A stretch of 64,000 bases of DNA, from the NCBI RefSeq assembly GCF_006345805.1, contig NC_042998.1:180048001-180112000 (forward strand), read 5' to 3'. Below, one piece after another: positions 26,177-40,353 of the stretch (the first letter of the stretch is position 1; the number at the start of each line of letters is the position of its first letter). Under the pieces are notes generated by a model. It was not told where the DNA came from. It did not search any database and was given only the letters and a program-made list of their open reading frames with translations. Source of the stretch: Octopus sinensis. Its lineage: Eukaryota. A program made the position numbers and the translations under genes.

Positions 26177-26575
26177 ATCCTTTCTACTACAGGCGCAAGG
26201 TTCGAAATTCTAAGGAAGGGGCTAGTCTATTACATCGACCCCAGTGCGTAACTGGCATTTATTTCATCGACGTCGAATGGATGAAAGGAAAAGTCGACCT
26301 CGGCTGAATTTGAACCCAGAACGTAAAGACGGAAAAAAACCCTATTTCTTTATTACCCACAAGGGGCTAAACACAGAGGGGACAAACAAGGACAGACATA
26401 GGCATTAAGTCGATTACATCGACCCAAGTGCGTAACTGGTACTTAATTTATCGACCCCGAAAGGATGAAAGGCAAAGTCGACCTCGGCGGAATTTGAACT
26501 CACAACGTAACGCAGACGAAATACCGCTAAGCATTTCGCCCGGCGTGCTAACGATTCTGCCAGTTCGCCTCCTTC
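26177..26575 (-). mobile_element. Family 2 SINE, tandem dimer
   Basis: Two copies of GATGAAAGG(A/C)AAAGTCGACCTCGGC...TTTGAAC; (TAA)n tail at the left end. Confidence 0.9.
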
Positions 26576-27160
26576 GTAATCCCCCAAACATTCTAATCTG
26601 TAAACATTGTCAAAAGTACTTTTAAGTTTCCAAAATAGCAAACACCTTTCACTGACATCTTAAGATCACATTGTCATGTTATAATCAAATTACTTTTAAC
26701 ATAAACTCCTAATGTTTTGACAGATTATTCTCTAGAAAAATACTTTGAGCATAAATGAAAATATGACACCCTAGTCATAACGCCAACTTGATCTTCTAAG
26801 TTGTCTCTTGAGGTCTCTGAGTGAAACTTGGGGTCAACCTGTACAAATACAAAGCAAAATCCAAACATATCTGATAATAATAATGATGATGGTGATGATT
26901 ATAATAATAAAAATTTCTAATTTAGGTAAAAGGCCAGACATATAGATTGAAAGTAACAGACGATTTATCACCGAAGTCAACATTGCAGTCTAAGATTAAT
27001 AAAAAAAAAGACGACCTTCACAAAATTTCTATTCAAACTATAAAGAATCGTATTATTTTATTCTCTGCTCTACCGATTCTGCTAATGTACATGCATGGGA
27101 ATGGCGGGAGCAAATGAAGAGTTGGGTCAAAGAAAAACATTCAAGTTACAACAAAACAGC

Positions 27161-27375
27161 CTAGCATTCAAAGTAAATATCATAGTGTTGCACCGTCTGA
27201 AGCCAGCTTTCTGCCAGTTCTTTGGTCCCACGCTGATACCAGTTTTTGTCCTTCGAGGTGAAGAACTCTTTCACAGAAGCTTCCACCTCTTCTTGGTTGA
27301 TTAGCGTCGCGAGTGCTGGAAGTGAGCCATTGAACAGAACAAATAATAATCTGAGCGAGCTAAGTCTGGAACTGG
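27161..27375 (-). mobile_element. Mariner transposase C-terminal fragment
   Basis: Minus strand PDLARSDYYLFCSMAHF, then after a frameshift NQEEVEASVKEFFTSKDKNWYQRGTKELAESWLQTVQHYDIYFEC*. Confidence 0.85.
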
Positions 27376-27829
27376 CAGAAAGGTGACTTCAGATGATGGT
27401 ACAATATGATGGCCCCTACTTTGAATGAATGCGAGGCTGCTTCTGTTTTAACTTGACGAATGAAGCAAATAGTTACTAAAATGTTGCAAAACTTTTGATT
27501 CAGCACAATGAAATGGAATGAATTACGATTCTACGTTTGGTACACTACATTGACAAGTTAGTAGATTAGTATTATTAGAAATCTTTTTATGTACGATTTC
27601 AAATTTTGTGTTGCGTATCTGCTCCACGATATTGTCAAAAGGTTTTTCATGCATAATAAGATGTCCTTTAGGAAACAAATGAACGGAACAGACTGACCAG
27701 TAGAACTGATGATTAGGAACCCCAGTGTGGGAGATAATAGAGAACACAATTTCGTGATAAATACTGTGGCATAGATATAAGTAAAGCTGTTTGTGGACAC
27801 TTTCCGAACACGAATTTTAAAGAATTAAT

Positions 27830-28530
27830 ATTTTTACAGCTAGAAAATCTTTTAAAACACGTCTAAATAGTAAGGATATTACCAGTGCTAAGAATACATT
27901 CATAATGCCAACTATATAACATATGGGCGGGTAGAAGTGGAGCAGAGCGTGTCTGACATAGACTTTAATACGAGATATATAATAAAAAAAGAAAACATCA
28001 CTTACTACACAATGTTATCCTAACGAATGTACATCCTTAAAAAAAAAGGTAATTTGGAACTACAAAGTGCCAGGAGCAATATTAGAAAATAGGCATTAAT
28101 GTTGCCCACAACTTTTTCATCCAAGAAGAAGGCCTGCTGCGCTGTCTTGTTGAATATGATGAAAAATAAATAAAATGAGCGTAACAAATTGATTATATCT
28201 GTAGTAAAATAATTTACATTAGATTTCTGACAGCTAAAATCTAAAACTAAAGCAGCAGCAGCAGTAGAAACACACATACTAATGGCATGTAAAAAATACT
28301 TGGTGAACACTAATAATGGTATGCTTTTATATATCCACTCTTTTCATGGGTTGAACACTTTATATATAAATATATGATTTTCATTGGCATGAATGCATAT
28401 ATTCGTCTGTGTGGTGCAGTAGAAGCAACAATTTTTGTGATACGCAAACAGTTCATCACTGCAAGTTATGTTGAAAATATTCTTACAGTATAAATAGCAA
28501 AGGCCGTCAGCGTTATGTATTTTCTGCAAC
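27830..28530 (-). pseudogene. Possible second decayed class A GPCR relic
   Basis: Minus-strand fragments KYITLTAFAIYTVRIFST*LAVMNCLR...IYAFMPMK (TM3/ICL2-like), YFLILLLALCSSKLPFF (TM-like) and ICYIVGIMNVFLALVISLLFRRVLKDFL (TM7 plus FRxxL helix 8-like), separated by frameshifts. Confidence 0.35.
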
Positions 28531-31459
28531 AACACACAACTATATTTCATAATGTCCCTCACTAACTCCAGCAACATATAATTGACGGCACAATAAGATA
28601 GCTAGGCTGTACTACATACACTTAACTGCGAGACCTCAACTAGTCCTTAACAGGTGGACTTAAACCAGTATAGAAAAGCTGGTGACAATATGCTAAGGAT
28701 TTCACCTTTTTGGTTTATAAATGAAATACAAGTGAAGAGCACTGAACTGACGCGATTGTTGGGGAGTCAGATGCTGTTGGAATGGAAATGCCTTGCAGTA
28801 TTTGCTCGGGTCTTTGCATTCTGAGTTCAATTCCACAAAAGTGTCTATGCTAGAGAAATCACATAATTGGCCACCTTGTACTGATAAACCTACGACCAGC
28901 ACAAATAATCTTGTAATAGCATGTTGAGACTTTCATCCAGCAGTTTATCACCAATGGCTAAATTGATACTGCTCATATGAACGTTGATGTTCAAATGTCA
29001 ATGTAAAAACAGCATGGAACTGTATATATGCTAACAAACAGACCATCAAATAGTACACTAAAAGCCCGACATTATTTCTGCAAGTCAGAAATGACAGTAA
29101 TAAACTAATAATTGACGTAGCGATGCCAAATGCCCAATGATGTTTTGCAAAGGTTCTTATTGAAATAATTTATCCTATTTTATTTGATCCTTTAATAAAC
29201 CAGGGCGCTACGTTCTGAGTTCAAATTCCGCCTTTCATCCTTTCGAGATCGATTAAATAAGTACCAGTTACGCACTGGGGTTGATATAATCGACTTAATC
29301 CGTTTGTCTATCATTGTTTGTCCCCTCTGTGTGTAGCCCCTTGTTGGTAGTAAAGAAATAGGTTTCATTGCTAATTTTCATTTTCCACAGCTTTAAATGG
29401 ATGAGAAGAAATTTATCATAGAATATATTTCTGTCATTCTTCAGACAATGGTTCTCTGAAATTGTCTATTCACGGCCCACTGTCAGAACTACGTTACCTC
29501 AAAATAAAGCACCTACACATGAAATGAAACATTTTTGAAGTTAAACAGAATTTATACTTCTCACTTTGATATATCTTATCTACACATAAGTTACGCTGCT
29601 ATTAAGGTTAATTATGTATGTCGAAAATATCGTACGAAAGAAATTGACAATATCATCAAGATAGAATTTAATTATTTAGCACTAACTGAAAATTTTAACT
29701 AGATTATTGTATTCTGATTAATGCATTTAATTTCCCTTTGAGAACATTAAACACGCAAACTATAATTGAGAAAATTAAATCCAAAACTTTAAAATATTTC
29801 TTTTGTAGTTTGTTGTTATATAAGAAAGTCTAGACTCAAAGACTCTCAGTTACTACGTTTGTATTTTTACTATAATGGTAAAGTAGTGAAGTTTAAAAGT
29901 TTTACTGCAAAAGGAAATAATTTAATCTTCTTAAGTTTTTGAATATTTTTACTCGGTTTGTACAGAAATGTTATGACCTGAACGATTGGCACATCTAAAG
30001 AATAAACTAACAAAGTTATATTGCATACTAAAAGTGTTTCAGACTAACCTTTCCAAAGATCTTACTAAATCAGATTTAGAATGAAGTATGGGAATCTGTT
30101 CTTTACTGAAGGCGATTGTTCGAAACTCAGTTAAGTGCCAGAAGTAAAGTAAATTTAAAAATACATTCATCTCATTTCATCTTGATTCGAATAAAACAAT
30201 ATGTCAACTGCCTAAACCAACTAAAAATGTAATAGCTATTTGTTTATATTTTCAGTTCTAGCCTCAAAAAGATTTATTCTTTTTGACATTCTTGAATCAT
30301 TTCAATGTTTAATAAACGCAAAGAGCAGACGATAACTTGGAATAACAGATAAAAACTCCATATTTGTCAAAGTATCAGAGTATTATCTTGTGATTGTTTC
30401 TGATTGCTTTCATCAATCATGCTGCTTGCGAGCCATTTCCTTCTTCCCTTTTTCTTCGCTTTCTACCTCCCAATCCCTCACTTTCCCATTCGTCTTTTCT
30501 TTTCACCTAAGAACATACTTCTTCACTCTAGACTTACATATTTATCGGTTGAGATAAAAAGTTTCTCCGTCCTTGTACAGCCACAGGAATTACATCTATT
30601 TCCTTCGCTTTATTTTTATGTTTATAACGATGCATCAGATCTTGAAGGTATTTTAGTCACCCCTATCCACCATCAAACGCGCAAACACGCATAAACAGAC
30701 ACATACACATACAGGCACACAAACACGCACATACATATACATACCCAACTCACATATATTCTCTGTCTCGTTAAGAGAATTTCACATGCGTTACCATGGG
30801 CCAAATGAGCTCATTTATCATGTCTCTTTTTTAAGTAAGTTTGCTTACTAGATAGTATGCCTATTTCGAAGTTTTGACCCGAAAAGGGGTCAACTCGTAG
30901 ATGGGGTTCTAAATCTTTCGGTTGAGGTAAAGTGTAAGAGATATAAATATATAACACATATACGGTATATGTATGTGTATGTATGTGTACATACACACAT
31001 CCACACAAACACATATATATATATATATACATACATAAATATACATATATACATATACACATATACATACACATATAAATATGTGTTCCTATATACGTTT
31101 GTGCATATGCAAGAATATATAAGTGTATACATTTATGCATACATGCTTTCATATACATATACACGTATGATACATATATAACACATATAATACATATATA
31201 CATGTATATTACATAAGGGGTAATGAGACGAATATGCACACACACATATATATGTGTGTGCGTAGGTGCACATACACAGACACACACGCTTGCACACATG
31301 CACACGCGTACAAACATATGCATGCCTGTATGTGCAAGCATGCATATTAATAATGGTACACACATACATATGCTGCAAAGGATACGAGAGAAAAAGCGCA
31401 CCGCGAATTTAATAAGATATGGCTTTGGAGCCTGAATGGGAAAGAAGGGCAAATAGATT

Positions 31460-32180
<721 letters not shown>

Positions 32181-32627
32181 TAGAGCTAGATATATGTAGA
32201 GAAAGGGAGAGGGAGAAGGGAAAAAGGGAATGAAAAGTTAGTGAAAGATATAACGAAGAATTCATGAGTACAGGAATCATTCTCGCGGGAGCTTCCGAAA
32301 TCTTCCATTATTTTCATAAATATGCTATCAAATGCATCTCGATCAATGTATGCGATAAGATATGTTACCATTGATCTGTATGCATTGACACAGTGAAAAG
32401 AAAGAGAGGAGAAAATGTCAAAAGAAGACAAGAGTGAATATAGGACAGAAAATAATATACTGTATATGTAGTCATGCATAAATGTATGAAGTTATAGGAG
32501 TTGAACGTGTAGAATGCTGGATAGCATTTACAGAAATATATGAAGGCTTTGTAGGACATGAAACGTTTAGACAATAGACAAACGACACATAAGTGTAGTT
32601 ACTGGTGTGGTCGTGTAGCTAAACAAT

Positions 32628-32666
<39 letters not shown>

Positions 32667-33506
32667 TATATGTCATAATTTTTGAAGAGTAGCGTCGTTG
32701 GTTACAGGTTTTCAAGAAACCGGTAACAAGTTCACTGCATATTTGACATCTTGAGTAACAATAGGCTGAGAAACACCAAGAGACTTCGTTCTTAAAGTAC
32801 AAATTATAAATATATATATTTTTTTGGTGGATGGTTCTCATTTATGTTTATATCTTCTATCTGCCAGTATAAACCTGTGAAGGGCTATACACATAAATAT
32901 ACACACACTTACTCACCCACACACACACATCAACATAAACACGTGTGCGTATATGCATGTATATTTGTATGGAGAAACATAGATAACGAGAGAGGGAGAG
33001 AGAGAATGGAAGTGAGAGACGACCGAATTTCGCTGTCTCCATTTACGCTATTCCATTGTTATTCTTCTGGTGAAGTCAAAGCTATGCTAAAAGGCACAGG
33101 CCAAGGTACAGCACAAAAAGATCAAACCTAGGCTTATGACGTCACGTAGCGTACCCCTTAAAAACACACCATCTCTAAATGCAATAAACTTCACACAGCC
33201 GAAAGACCATAAATTTACAGAAATGGCACATATAGCTATATAGATGTTTTCTCTCTCCTATATAAAAATGCACTCACACACTCACACACTCACACATTCA
33301 CACATTCGTCATACTAACACACACATACGCGCGCAAGCTGACACAAACATATTTTATGAAGAGTCTACATAAAACAGGTATTTCATCACCTGTTGACTGG
33401 AGACGCAAAACTTCCGGCATCATCCGGCAGTATGATAGCCTCGAACAGTTTCATACAGCATTCATGCTACTTGAGAATAACGGCGTTTGTTCAGCACAAG
33501 TAATAA

Positions 33507-33771
33507 TTACTCTTTTACTCTTTTACTTGTTTCCGTCATTTGACTGTGGCCAAGATGGAGCACCACCCAGGATTTATTCTTTGTAAGCCTAGTACTTATC
33601 TTATTCTATCGGTCTCTATTGCCGAATGCTAGGTTACGGGGACGTAAACACACCAGCATCTGTTGTCAAGCGATTTTGGGGGGAACAAACATAGACACAC
33701 AAACATATACACACACACACATACATACATAAATACATATATACATACACACACACACACACACACACACC

Positions 33772-33807
<36 letters not shown>

Positions 33808-33972
33808 CATATATACGACGGGCTTCTTTGAGTTTCCGTCTACCAAATCCACTCACGAGGCTTTGGTCAGCCCGAAGCTATAGTAGAAGACACTTGCCCA
33901 AGGTGCCACGCAGTGGGACTGAACCCGGAACCATGTGGTTCGTAAGCTAGCTACTTACCACACAGTCACTCA
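33507..33972 (-). mobile_element. Family 1 SINE
   Basis: Colinear with 15351-15762, with an expanded internal (CA)/(TA) tract. Confidence 0.9.
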
Positions 33973-34630
33973 TAGGCCTATAATTACTTCAAATTTTAGA
34001 ACAAGGTGAGTAATTTCGAGGGAGAGGATAAATCGATTATATCGATCGCAATGTTCAACTGGTATTTATTTTATCAACTTGTTTTCTAAGGACAATCCAA
34101 AATGCACACTTAGATACGGTTTCGAAAGCTTTAGCTAGTTATACAAAAGTTAGAAAAAAAGTTTCGGTTGTGCTCACGAACCTATTGCTGCAGCTGCCCG
34201 AGGCTAAATATCATATCCACTGCGCCATTTCTAGCCCGAAATCCACACACTAAGCTGGCAAGGGCATTAGTTAGTCTATTTAAGATAACACTTCCAAGGT
34301 TCTTTCCAGCAGCACACAAAAGTCAACCACGGCGGCATTTGAACTTAGAACGTAAAGTCAAAAGAAATAACGCTAAGAATTTTTCCGAGCGCGGTAACAA
34401 TTCTGCCAACTCAGCACATCCTATCTCGACGGATTTTGAACTATGAACGTAAAGACAGACGAAGTACTGCTAAGCATTTTGTCCGGCGTACTAACGATTC
34501 TGTCAGCTCACCACCCTACAGGACAAGTAATAATAGTCTGTATTTCCTCATTTCCTATCATCAACCAGCCACCAAACCGAATACGAAGCAATCAAACTTG
34601 CTCTCTGCCACAGTAATACCAAAATATATT

Positions 34631-34720
34631 TTCGGGCTGATGAGCAGCTAGTGGAGTACCCCACGGTGAGTAATTATTACTTCTGAGGTTCTGCTAGCTA
34701 GGAAATATATGTAGCCTGGA
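34631..34720 (+). ncRNA. Degenerate type I hammerhead-like fold with a long stem II
   Basis: TTCGGGC/GCCTGGA (stem I), (C)TGATGA, AGCTAGTGGAG/TTCTGCTAGCT (stem II), GAAA-TATATG-TA. One core C and the stem II closing pair appear mutated. Confidence 0.45.
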
Positions 34721-34778
34721 TTTTACCTGCTCCACTTCCTCAATTTGGTGGCTTCTATATATATATATATATATATAG

Positions 34779-35204
34779 AAACTACCTGATAATTTCTTGT
34801 TAAGATTTCTTATTAAGATTTTATCCTTAATTGTTAAATTTGTTCCGAAGAAACACGTTTCTTACCGAAATGCAGTTCGAAAAATCCCGCCATTTACATG
34901 AATATGTGATGGATAAACATTTCCATGTGCTACGATGGAGGCGACAGTTGTCTGTTTGGTTCCGCTAGGTATGTTGGTTTTGTTTATTTTTAATATGTTC
35001 TGAATATGTTTCACTGATGAACAAAAGACGTAGATAATACGTTAATTGCGAAATCACAGGTGATCTGGAACTAAATTCTGTTTTTTAAATGTCTTGCTTC
35101 GAGAGCTGTATTCGGTACGATTCGTTTAATTTTGGTAGTAATGACTTTGAAAGTCCCTCCTAGCGTGTGGCATTTATGTGTAATAATGCCCTCTATACAA
35201 TATA

Positions 35205-35210
<6 letters not shown>
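34779..35210 (+). mobile_element. Hammerhead-bearing ~430-bp element (element C), diverged copy between (TA)n tracts
   Basis: Colinear with 55519-55876 and the reverse complement of 55097-55515; (TA)n on both sides. Confidence 0.85.
35008..35071 (+). ncRNA. Type I hammerhead ribozyme
   Basis: GTTTCA/TGGAAC stem I; CTGATGA; (A)CAA..ACGTA-GATAA-TACGT..TTG(C) stem II; GAAA; TCAC-AG-GTGA stem III; cleavage triplet ATC at 35063-35065. G10.1 is mutated to A. Confidence 0.75.
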
Positions 35211-35235
<25 letters not shown>

Positions 35236-35398
35236 TCCAAAATGGAGACGAATACCATTTCTCCGTGGGATCTGCTTGAAAAATTGTTAAGATGTCAAGA
35301 TATTTTTCTTAACATGAAAATAATGGTAGCCTTAATACATAATAAAAAAAAAGTATTCACCAATATTGTGTTGAGCACTTACTCTCATTCTTCGACAT

Positions 35399-35445
<47 letters not shown>

Positions 35446-35639
35446 GTGTGTGTGTGTTTGTGTACAGCGAATTCTCTTGCTTTGAACGACAAATGAGAGT
35501 TTAGTAAAATAAAGCATCGATCATGATCTGTAGACACGAATGTGTCTCTTGAGGCCGACTGGTGTTTTGCAAACTTATGGCAAATGGAACATGTTGAGGA
35601 CAAGTTGAGTACTTGTGGCTTATTTCCGATGTGTTTTTT

Positions 35640-35860
35640 AAAGGGACAAGATCTGTTTTCTTGATACTGATGGTCAGACCAAAAGCCTTTGATGCACACA
35701 AGTTGTTTAGAATTCATTGCATGTCTTCAAGAGTGTGTGCTACAAGTGCACAATTGTCTGGGAAGAGCAAATATCGAACTGTTTGTACCAAAGTCTTAGT
35801 TTTGGCTTTCAAGCGCTGTTGGTTAAACAAGCCACCACTCAAACTTTACTCATTCTTTAA
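35640..35860 (-). mobile_element. RTE-clade LINE RT fragment
   Basis: Minus strand GGLFNQQRLKAKTKT...RYLLFPDNCALVAHTLEDMQ...SKAFGLTISIKKT (cf. LLFADDCAL...FGLTIS.KKT). Confidence 0.8.
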
Positions 35861-36098
35861 CACCCTCAAACATTGTTACCAACTTGCCAGAGAAATATAA
35901 GCAAATAAGACTGGTGCAAGAACACACCCTTGTTTTATCCCATTTGATACAGTAAATAAATTGCACACTTCCCCGCAGTCTCTGACAGAGTTCTAACGCG
36001 AGTTTATTAGTATCATGGTGATACCTACGCGAAACATTAATATGTGTATGTGTGTGTGCGTGTGTATACATGCATACATATATATGTGTGGTTGTGTG

Positions 36099-36139
<41 letters not shown>

Positions 36140-36215
36140 GTATATGTGTAAGTGCGTATATGTGTATATATATATATATACATACATATATATATATATA
36201 TATATAAACATATAT

Positions 36216-36585
36216 TTTCTTTTATTCTTTTATCTTTATCAGTCATTTGACTGCGGCCATGTACCGCCTTTAGTCGAACAAATCGACCCCAGGATTTATT
36301 CTTTGTAAGCCTAGTACGTATTCTATCGGTCCCTTTGCCGAACCGCTATACTTCGGCGAGGTAAACACACCTACATCAGTTGTCAAGCGATGGCGGTGGG
36401 GAGGGGGACAAACACAAACACACCGACATATGTCGGGGTTCTTTCAGTTTCTGTCGACCAAATCCACTCACAAGGCTCTGGTCGGCCTGAGGCTATAGTT
36501 GAAGACACTTCCCCAAGGTGCTATGCAGTGGGACTGAACCCGAAACCATGTGGTTGGGAAGCAAGCTACTCTCCACACAACCACG
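36216..36585 (-). mobile_element. Family 1 SINE
   Basis: Colinear with 15351-15762. Confidence 0.85.
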
Positions 36586-36603
36586 TATATACATATATAT
36601 ATG

Positions 36604-36660
<57 letters not shown>

Positions 36661-38327
36661 CATATATATGGATACATACATACATACATACATACATACA
36701 TAAAAATTCCCGTAGTGACACAGAATTATATATGCACATACGCGTCTGTGTGTGTGTGTGAGTGTGTATATTTGTGCGTGTTTCTGTTTTCATATAATCC
36801 TATAAACGCTTATATGAAACGTCACCCATTGCATTTTTCTTACACTATGAACACGCGTTGATTCAGCAGAATATGCACATTCACATATTGCAGCGACACA
36901 CACACACCCACATGCACAACTACGCACACCCACGCATGTACACGCAAACACACTAATATATACATATAGATAGAATAATAATAAAAAGAAAATTAAGTAT
37001 CAGTAATATCTTTCAGATAACGAAACTATTTTTTAATAAGGAATTTCAAAAAACTACGATATGCAAAAATTACATTAAAAAATAACAACAATAAAAATTA
37101 TAGTAATAAAATAAATATATATATATAAAAATATATTAATCTAAAAGTCAAATTAAAAAAAAAGCTTCACTATATAAATGAAAATAAGTGTTTCTATATT
37201 CATGTCCATAGCAGATCTACAAAACCGATAAAGTGAAACGGACGTTCGTTTTAGAATGTCTCCCATAATGACGTCATGAACACGTGCTGCGGTAAATGCC
37301 AGCTGCCTTGTTATTTCATGATGTGTGTTTTCTTTTTTTATTGGTGCTTTATTATTTGGTTTTATTTTTTTCTCTATGACTTTTAATTAATATGGCGGCG
37401 ACTAAATATTTTAAGTTAAAGGCTCACATAAAAAAAAAAGAAACCCTTTTAAAGATGTTTTGGTCCAGAATATGTTTACAACAGTAACTGTCTACCTGGC
37501 AACTTGTCTCATTAATATTTTATTTCTTTATGGTGTATCTGAGACCGAAGCCTCACTCCTCAACACCATTTACAGAAAAGAAAATAAAAATAAAATGATA
37601 ATGATAATATTAAATAAATAAATAAAATAAGTAATAAATAAAACAATAAATAAACAAATAAAATAAAATGTATAAATAAATAAATAAATAAACGTTCGTA
37701 TTTTGTTCTGTATATGTTCATCAAAACGTGATCTAATTTGTCTGTTAAATGTTGCACTTTATTCAAGATTTATTCATAAAAAAATAAAGACGAGACACAC
37801 ACCCTCGCATACACATGCAAATTAAAAAAGGAGCAGAAAATTAAAAGCATAACATCTAAAGAAAACAAGAACATTTTGCCACTCCTCGTAACTGCTGCAT
37901 TCTGCCACCAGCCCATAATTTCTTTGCTTTCCTTTTAAATCTGCACCGAGCAACACCGAGCACAATCTTCAACTTCGAAAAACTACATCTCTCACTCTAG
38001 GCCTTCCACTTTCTCCCTTCCTCTTTGCACACGTGTATTGTCACCTATTTCTGAACTTCAAACGTTTTAGACTAACGGCTATCTCTTTATGTATTCAGTT
38101 TTTTTTTCACACGACCTCGTCATCACAAGCAGAATGTATACAGGAGGAGAAGGAGAAGGAGAAGGAGAAGGAGGAGGAGGGCGTTGACGACGACGACGAT
38201 AACGATGGCTGCGTGATGACAAAAAAAAAAAAGAAATGTGTCGCGTTTTTCAACTGAATACGTTAAAGAAATAACATTAAAATATACCAACGGTTCTTGA
38301 GGAGCAAAACCTCAACAAAAACGAACA

Positions 38328-38400
38328 AATACATACATACATACATACATACATACATACATACATACGTACATACGTACATACATACATACATACATAT

Positions 38401-38467
<67 letters not shown>

Positions 38468-38922
38468 TCTCAAGTTTTATATTCTTTTTATCAATGTATA
38501 ATGTTCGCTGTGTGGGTGTATGAATGTGTGTACATACATGCACATATAGATAATACATGCATATATCCATTCATACACGCATGCATATATATACAAACAT
38601 GCACACACATTCACAATCACGTATATCTGCATACAAACATATGTATGTATATAATTTCACAAGCATGCACTACCTACCTACCTACATACACACACACATA
38701 CTTACATACATACATACATACATACATATACATACATACATACATACATACATACATACATACATACATACGTACGTACTTACATACATGCTTTCATACA
38801 TAGGTACATACGTATCTACATACTTACCTACCACCGTACATACATATATATATATATATGTATATGTATTTCTTTACTACCCACAAGGGGCTAAACACAG
38901 AGGGGACAAACAAATATATATG

Positions 38923-38954
<32 letters not shown>

Positions 38955-39335
38955 TGTATGTATGCATGCATGTATGTATGTATGCATGTATGTATGTATG
39001 TATGTATGTATGTATGTATGTATGTATGTATGTATGTATGTATGTATGTATGCATGCATGCATGTATGTATGTATGTATGTATGTATGTATGTATTTATG
39101 TATGTATGTATGTATGCATGTATGTATGTAGTTTGTATGTATGTATGTATGTATGTATGTATGTATGTATGTATGCATGTATGTATGTATGTAGTTTGTA
39201 TGTATGTATGTATGTATGTATGTATGTATGTATGCATGTATGTATGTATGTAGTTTGTATGTATGTATGTATGTATGTATGTATGTATGTATGTATGTAT
39301 GTATGTATGTATGTATGTATGTATGCATGTATGTG
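38328..39335. repeat. (TACA)n/(TATG)n microsatellite field with an embedded ~45-bp family 2 SINE fragment
   Basis: Directly visible; fragment TATTTCTTTACTACCCACAAGGGGCTAAACACAGAGGGGACAAACAA at ~38867-38913. Confidence 0.9.
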
Positions 39336-40353
39336 TTCAAGCATGTGTATGAATATCTGTGTAAACGCGCACAATTTTCTGTGTGTGTGAGGGGTAGAGA
39401 GAGAGAGAGACACAGAAAAAGTGAGCAAGAGAGAGTGAGAAAGAAGCGTATTTATAAACATCTCCTCATCCAACAGAGAAAATTAGAGGGTATGCCTTAT
39501 TGAAGGGACTTAGTGAAATAAAGCAATCGATTTCCCCGCACATTCACATGATGTTTCAAGTATTTATATTGACTTCACGTTTGCTCGCCTCTGAAGAAAA
39601 CGAGAATATTGCCACATTTTAATTCATTTATGTTCCATATATTATGATAATTACTAATGAGATGCCTGGAATTTTCAAAATTTTTTTTTTCAAATATTGA
39701 TGTTTCTCTTTTAATGCATAAATTCTTAGAAATTTTGAAGATATATTTCTTCAAAATATGATTATATTATGCTAATGTTTACCATTCTGTCTTCTATTTT
39801 TTTTCATAATTAATCTTATTTGATACATAACACTAAAACTGCACTTCATTTCCTTTTACTTGTTTCATGCACTGGACTGCGGCCATGCTGGTGCACTGCG
39901 TTGAATTTTTTTTATTCGAACAAATCGACCCCAGCACATATTTTTTAAGCCTGGTATTTAGTCTTTCAATGCACTTTGACGAACAGTTTAGTTACGGGTA
40001 TATAAACAAATTAACACCGGTTCTCAAGAGATAAGGTGATATACATATGCGTGCGGGCGCTCACACACACACACACACACACACACATACCTGCGTCTCG
40101 CTACTGCTCAATTTTCGTCAACCAAATTCACTCACAAGTCATTCTTTTCTACTCTGGACACAAGGCCCGAAAGTTTGGGGTAGGGAGACAGTCGATTAGA
40201 TCGACCCCCGTACGCAACTGGTACTTAAATTATCGTCCCCGGCGGTATTTCAACTCAGAACGCAAAGACAGGCGAAATACCACTCAGTATTTCGCCCAGC
40301 GTGCCCCTAACCGTTTTGCTCGGGGTGCTAACGATTCTGCCAGTTCGCCGCCT

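Noticed and set aside
38557-39503. Overlapping ORFs rich in CMYV/HTYI
   Set aside because: Products of (TATG)n repeats; the same applies to the YIYI and HTHT ORFs across the window.
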